DNA from: an uncultured bacterium
GTDB lineage: Bacteria > Zixibacteria > MSB-5A5 > CAIYYT01
Length of the DNA stretch: 64,000 nucleotides
Assembly: GCA_963726455.1 (NCBI GenBank)
Contig: CAVSCK010000003.1
Coordinates: forward strand, 512,001-576,000
Reading direction: 5' to 3'
Shown: one piece after another, positions 60,501-64,000 of the stretch
Layout: every line of letters begins with the position of its first letter
Position numbering within the stretch: position 1 is the first letter of the stretch
Notes under the pieces: generated by a model
Databases searched by the model: none
Seen by the model: only the letters and a program-made list of their open reading frames with translations
What the model was told of the DNA's origin: nothing
Translations under genes and position numbers: made by a program

Positions 60501-62253
60501 AAAGAATGCCTTTGCAAACCAGATAGTCCCGCGCGCGCCCTTTCATAATCAGGTCAACAAAGTAGTCTCCAAGACTGGCCGGGTGTTGTGGTTCCTCACC
60601 AGCGGTTCGCCGGTCCTGGATGCCGACGGAAATCTGAAAGGTTTCGTAGGCGCCGATCTTGATATCACTGAGCGAATCGAGATGGAGCAGGACCTTCATA
60701 TTAAGGAGCGGGCCCTAGCTTCGTCCATTAATGGCCTCGGCCTTGCCGATCTGCAAGGACGAATCTCGTATGTGAACGACGCCTTTGTGAAAATGTGGGG
60801 GTATACTCGCGAAGAGATTTATGCCACGCCGATGAGCAATTTGGCGTTCGATCCGCAAGACGTTGTTCGTGTAATGGACGCCATCAGATCCAAAGGGCAG
60901 TTCTTTGGTGAGTCCGTGTCGAAACGAAAAGACGGCACCCCCTTTGATGTTCAAATCTCCGCCAGTATGGTGACCAATGCATCCAATCAACCGATTGCCA
61001 TGCTGGCCACATTTATTGACATCACCGAACGCAAGCGGAGCGAACGAGCCTTACAAATGAGCGAGGAACGTTTCCGTCTTCTCTACAAAGGGAATCCGCT
61101 GCCGACCTATACATGGCAGCGAAGAAACGGTGACTTCTTTCTGGTTGAGTGTAACAGCGCCGCCGTGACAATGACGAACGGCAAGATCGCTTCATACATC
61201 GGCGTCAACGCGAAAGAGCTCTTCGTGAAGCGGCCGGACGTGTTTGATGACCTGAATCTCTGCCTCGACGAACGATCCAACTTCAACCGTGAAATGGAAT
61301 ATCAGCTTGGTTCTCCCGGGCGGACCGTGCTGTTCTCAGTCAGGTACAACTTCGTGCCCCCCGACTTGGTATTGGTACAGACAGAGGACATCACTCAACG
61401 GAAACATGCTGAAAGCGCTTTGAAAATGAGCGAGGAAAGATTCCGAGCGCTCTTCAAGGGCAGCCCGTTACCGATGGTGCTGTTTCAATGGAGGATGGGA
61501 GATCTCGTCCTGATAGACACCAATGACGCGACGAATTCCGTGACCGAGGGGAAACTCGCCCAACTAACCGGTGAAACGGCCAAACACATATTTCAGACAG
61601 ATCAGGAGTTTCTGAACGAACTGTATGAATGCTTCAGCCACCAGTCAACTATCAGTCGGGAAGTCCGTCATCAATTTTGGGGCACAGACCATGAGCTGCG
61701 GCTATCTGTCTTTTGTTCTTTTGTCCCCCCTGATTTGATGCTCATACAAGCTGAAGACATCACCGAGAGAAAACGAATGGAAGAGCGCCTCCTAAGCGCA
61801 AAGCTGCAATTGGAGCGCGACAGTCAGGCACTGAAAGAAAAGAATATCACGCTCAAAGAAGTCCTGACTCAGATTCAGGACGAAGTTGATCAAGTAAAGC
61901 AGAACATCCAGTCCAATATCAGTAAGCTTGTCATACCAGTCTTGTTAAGACTCAGGGAGAAAGCAAGGGAGAGCGACCGAATCGAACTGGAGCATCTGGA
62001 ATCAGTGCTGAGTAACGCAGCCTCTCCGTTTATCCGTGACATAGAATCACGATTTGTTCAATTGACGCCGCGCGAGACGGAAATCTGCAACATGATTTGT
62101 AACGGGCTGCAATCCAAGGAGATCGGTCAGGCGCTGGGTATCTCCCATCGAACTGTAGAGAAGTTTCGCCAGAAAATCAGAGCAAAACTGGGAGTAAAAG
62201 ACCGCGACACCAATCTTACGTCCTTTATTCGATCGCTATCCCAAAAGCCGTGA
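57520..62253 (+). CDS. Multi-PAS (~11) LuxR-type one-component transcriptional regulator
   Basis: Ten D[IV]T PAC ends plus a degenerate N-terminal PAS; C-terminal LTPRE.EI...G..SKEIG..L.IS.RTV HTH; start GTG 57520 with GGGGGTGA RBS. Confidence 0.9.
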   Translation: MHEPDGSTDSNQDQSSSPNTGHVIAGYIVWVNREGTIEYVAQWEGGISYEGLLGNSVFDRVPPDAREILIARLQDVFSTHVNETIIMPAPADCDKGGMVEIKLIPLKYPGKPIDKVAVAFRRTAGEIKLPSPERTSRLQQKGTRFPSRMTFDELPCETSLKKQKHIEALLKEAEENFRRLADTSLQGIIIIQDDTIVFTNQRAADVIGITVAELTGLTMVTISERFIEPESRALLDQKRRDLFDGVVYGSSYELRIRTMSGDARWLDVTTMPVTYRGHDAIQASLIDVTDRKKTEDDLRDSEERYRTLVENAQNAIFSMEYDGTLAFLNSVAARMLGGEPSEYVGKNVRDLFPPDKAERHLAAVQRVIDNGKGETIENLTELRGQPRWHITSIHPLNGRNGKRHCAFLISTDITDSKLASQKLARERDFTRSILQTANSLIICLDERAEILIFNEECERVTGYSGDEVRGKRWSDIFVPPEYRHEGLKDFGTWVREHPHDRKEEPIITKSGERRCILWSNSSFISPDTGELAAIAIGYDITEVKRANQQLKEAEARYRNLVELLPQIAYTAALNGNSTTTYISPQVEKILGFSPAEYLTNPDLWYQQLYPDDRERVLAELRRTHETGRPLNIEYRMYSRDRRVIWFRDHAVIIRDSDGTPLFLQGVQYDITENKVAEDALRESEKRFKDLADMLPSTVFELSLKGKFTFVNSHGLDLFGYTLEELSHDAAVFDVLSPADRDRVKKSLLEILGGRTLQGAEYTAVRKDGSAFPALIHVNRISHNGKISGFRGILVDITQRKKVEELLRQSQEAYRDLVENVDDVLYILDQDLVITYVSPIVKSVLGYEPAELLGQTALSLVHPDDLPGLLVSVNDVLNNRLYPSDYRMLTKTGDIRWVQTSSRPIFEKDKLIGVRGILTDITERKRSERALRESQERFERVAQQSREMVWEVDADGLYTYVSQACDEILGYRPDELTGKMHFYDLQPESEREDFRKNAFANQIVPRAPFHNQVNKVVSKTGRVLWFLTSGSPVLDADGNLKGFVGADLDITERIEMEQDLHIKERALASSINGLGLADLQGRISYVNDAFVKMWGYTREEIYATPMSNLAFDPQDVVRVMDAIRSKGQFFGESVSKRKDGTPFDVQISASMVTNASNQPIAMLATFIDITERKRSERALQMSEERFRLLYKGNPLPTYTWQRRNGDFFLVECNSAAVTMTNGKIASYIGVNAKELFVKRPDVFDDLNLCLDERSNFNREMEYQLGSPGRTVLFSVRYNFVPPDLVLVQTEDITQRKHAESALKMSEERFRALFKGSPLPMVLFQWRMGDLVLIDTNDATNSVTEGKLAQLTGETAKHIFQTDQEFLNELYECFSHQSTISREVRHQFWGTDHELRLSVFCSFVPPDLMLIQAEDITERKRMEERLLSAKLQLERDSQALKEKNITLKEVLTQIQDEVDQVKQNIQSNISKLVIPVLLRLREKARESDRIELEHLESVLSNAASPFIRDIESRFVQLTPRETEICNMICNGLQSKEIGQALGISHRTVEKFRQKIRAKLGVKDRDTNLTSFIRSLSQKP

Positions 62254-62332
62254 TACGTACATTGCGTACGCACTGCGTACGCGGTCGTGGCGTATTGATC
62301 TGGCTTGACATTTTCCCACATTTTGCCATCTT
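62254..62332 (+). promoter_or_regulatory. Second copy of the operator motif plus promoter
   Basis: ATACGTAC-attgc-GTACGCACT-GCGTACGC; TTGACA at 62305-62310; TGcCATCTT weak extended -10. Confidence 0.5.
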
Positions 62333-62339
62333 TTACGTA

Positions 62340-62746
62340 GCGATGCACAAGGGGCTAATCGGGTGGAATCTTCTATAGGCGGCGAAGGTTCGAAGAGGAA
62401 GCCAGGCAATTAGGCAAGGTTTCTCGAACCTCAGATAGTTAGGTGAGCCGGAGGATTTCCCAGATCAGAATGAACTGATTTCGTAATCGATCACAGGATG
62501 TGATCGAAACTGCGCGACCCGGAAACTGTGTACGCGAGTGGTTAACTCTGACGACTCCCTTTGGGAGGGTTGGCAGGACGAATCAGGGAGGCAGGACAAC
62601 GGGGGAAACTGGCGGCTGGCTGTGAAGCGGAGGTGAATCGCAGAACACTCTGCGCTGGTTTTGTGATTCGAGAGACTTCGTGAACGGTTAGTTACCAGAC
62701 CTTGGTAAGACCCGGTGGTGACCAAGCTGCCACCGGGTTTAATTTT
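62340..62746 (+). ncRNA. Candidate ~400-nt structured non-coding RNA
   Basis: Lies between a promoter and a terminator, has no plus-strand ORF, at least 7 hairpins and 12 GGA motifs. Confidence 0.45.
62710..62746 (+). terminator. Rho-independent terminator
   Basis: ACCCGGTGG...CCACCGGGT-TTAATTTT. Confidence 0.75.
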
Positions 62747-62835
62747 GCTCAGTCTTGACTCCTACCTTCATATATATCCTCCCACATTTCATCACTCGAT
62801 ATCTATTAAGCCGAGAATCGGCCTCGCACGCAAAT

Positions 62836-62871
62836 AAAAGACCGGGAATCTCTTAGTGAGATTCCCGGTCT
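62836..62871 (-). terminator. Terminator of the dockerin-domain gene
   Basis: AGACCGGGAATCTC...GAGATTCCCGGTCT-TTT on the minus strand. Confidence 0.8.
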
Positions 62872-62899
62872 GATTATCGATCGGAATTAGATCTGATCG

Positions 62900-64000
62900 T
62901 TATTTAGTGCAAGGAGCCGGACCGCCTGAGAAAATGTAAGCGATCAAGAAAACGGCATCCGAGATGTCAACAGCTGTGTCGCAGTTGGCATCACCCAGCT
63001 CAAGTGGATTCGGAGCCGCTCCGCCACTAAAGATGTAGCCGATGATAAATACGACGTCAGAGATATCGATCGAACCGCTGCCGTCAGCATCGCCCGACAT
63101 CACTTGAGTTCCACCGACATTCATCGTAACCGGTATGTTGTGAACCGGGTTTGTAGGTGCGTTCGAGCCGATTGTCAACGAACCCGTGTAGGTTGAGTCG
63201 ATACACTCGGCGGCGTTGAACCCGATGGTCAGGGTGTCGCTGCCGTGCGGATCGATGCTGCCACCACTCGGATCGGAAGAGAGCCACGTGTTAAGCGGGC
63301 TCTTGAAGAGAATTGCTAAGTTGCCGTGCAAGTAGGCGGCATTGAATACGATCTGTGAACCGTCCAGACCGGTGCGATTCTCAATACCAACGCTGCTGCC
63401 CAGAATATCGAATCCCGCGGCTATGGTCTGATATTGAATTCTGATCTTGCCATTGGGCGACAGGATAACTTCCGCCGTGATGACATCACCAGGATTGGTC
63501 GTGGCATCGTACTCCGGATAGTTCTTGTACTCGATCACCAGGTCACCATTGACCACTTGATAGAGCACCTTGCCTCCGGGGCTGTCCGGATCAAGGATAT
63601 TGAGGTCGTCCCAACACCAGGCAATCATATTGTTCGGAGTGCCGGATGTCGGAATAGCGACGTTGCCCAAAGAGCTGAGATCGGTAGTCGGGCCAAATCC
63701 GATCAGGCCGTTGGCGCCAATATAGAACTCGGTGTAAACCGAATCATAGTACTGGAAGCTGAATCCGATCGGGAACGGACCGATGAAGTTGTCATCGGCC
63801 AGACCAGCCGTAACGTTGGTGCCTGTGGCTTCAATGTCAACCCAAGCGAAGGTCGGTCCACCCGGTTCATCCGAATCTCTCCAGGTGTATCCAAAGGCAT
63901 CCGGACCGCCTGAACCCTTCGTCATCTCGGCGAAATACGGCTCGGTATAACCGGTCTTATCCGGATCGGCTACGCGGGTACCCAACGGCACCTGCGGAGT
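62900..64000 (-). CDS. C-terminal part of a large extracellular protein with a dockerin-like (paired EF-hand) end
   Basis: GGPDAFGY.W.DSD repeat-domain motif; GDADGSGSIDISD and GDANCDTAVDISD; starts outside the window. Confidence 0.85.
   Translation of the reverse strand, partial: TPQVPLGTRVADPDKTGYTEPYFAEMTKGSGGPDAFGYTWRDSDEPGGPTFAWVDIEATGTNVTAGLADDNFIGPFPIGFSFQYYDSVYTEFYIGANGLIGFGPTTDLSSLGNVAIPTSGTPNNMIAWCWDDLNILDPDSPGGKVLYQVVNGDLVIEYKNYPEYDATTNPGDVITAEVILSPNGKIRIQYQTIAAGFDILGSSVGIENRTGLDGSQIVFNAAYLHGNLAILFKSPLNTWLSSDPSGGSIDPHGSDTLTIGFNAAECIDSTYTGSLTIGSNAPTNPVHNIPVTMNVGGTQVMSGDADGSGSIDISDVVFIIGYIFSGGAAPNPLELGDANCDTAVDISDAVFLIAYIFSGGPAPCTK

Noticed and set aside
62350-62740. tmRNA, RNase P RNA, SRP RNA or 6S RNA
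   Set aside because: It begins GGGGCT but lacks the tmRNA TTCGAC and 3' T-arm/CCA, the RNase P GAGGAAAGTCC motif and the SRP loop. It is too long and multi-branched for 6S.

Overview
A 64-kb bacterial chromosomal segment, mostly housekeeping and metabolic genes. A C-terminal dockerin-like 'GDADGSGSIDISD' protein and a PorV-like gene suggest the FCB group, probably a Zixibacteria-like lineage (inference). Contents in order: a partial tldD; two tandem RRM genes with a duplicated structured leader; htrA; a 3.7-kb integrase-less islet at an initiator tRNA-Met carrying a secreted TPR-CHAT protease; amrB, dprA, yigZ, PAP2, a heparinase II/III-like gene, pcm and ppdK. Next is a 10.7-kb, 12-gene operon made of three divergent copies of an uncharacterised four-gene membrane module (DUF6754-like), the strongest candidate for an undescribed system. 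It is followed by a minus-strand run aldehyde dehydrogenase / probable arcE / arcC / cca / sucCD / korDABC / ndk / larA-like / mdh, then ltaE, a PPIase, a PorV-like gene, thiol and metal proteins, dnaE and a rhomboid. The window ends with a ~11-PAS LuxR regulator whose candidate operator recurs in front of a ~400-nt, ORF-less, structured, GGA-rich transcription unit (candidate ncRNA). About six single-base indels break otherwise intact genes and are probably consensus errors. No CRISPR array, rRNA, transposase or integrase was seen. Family assignments are from motif recognition, not database searches.
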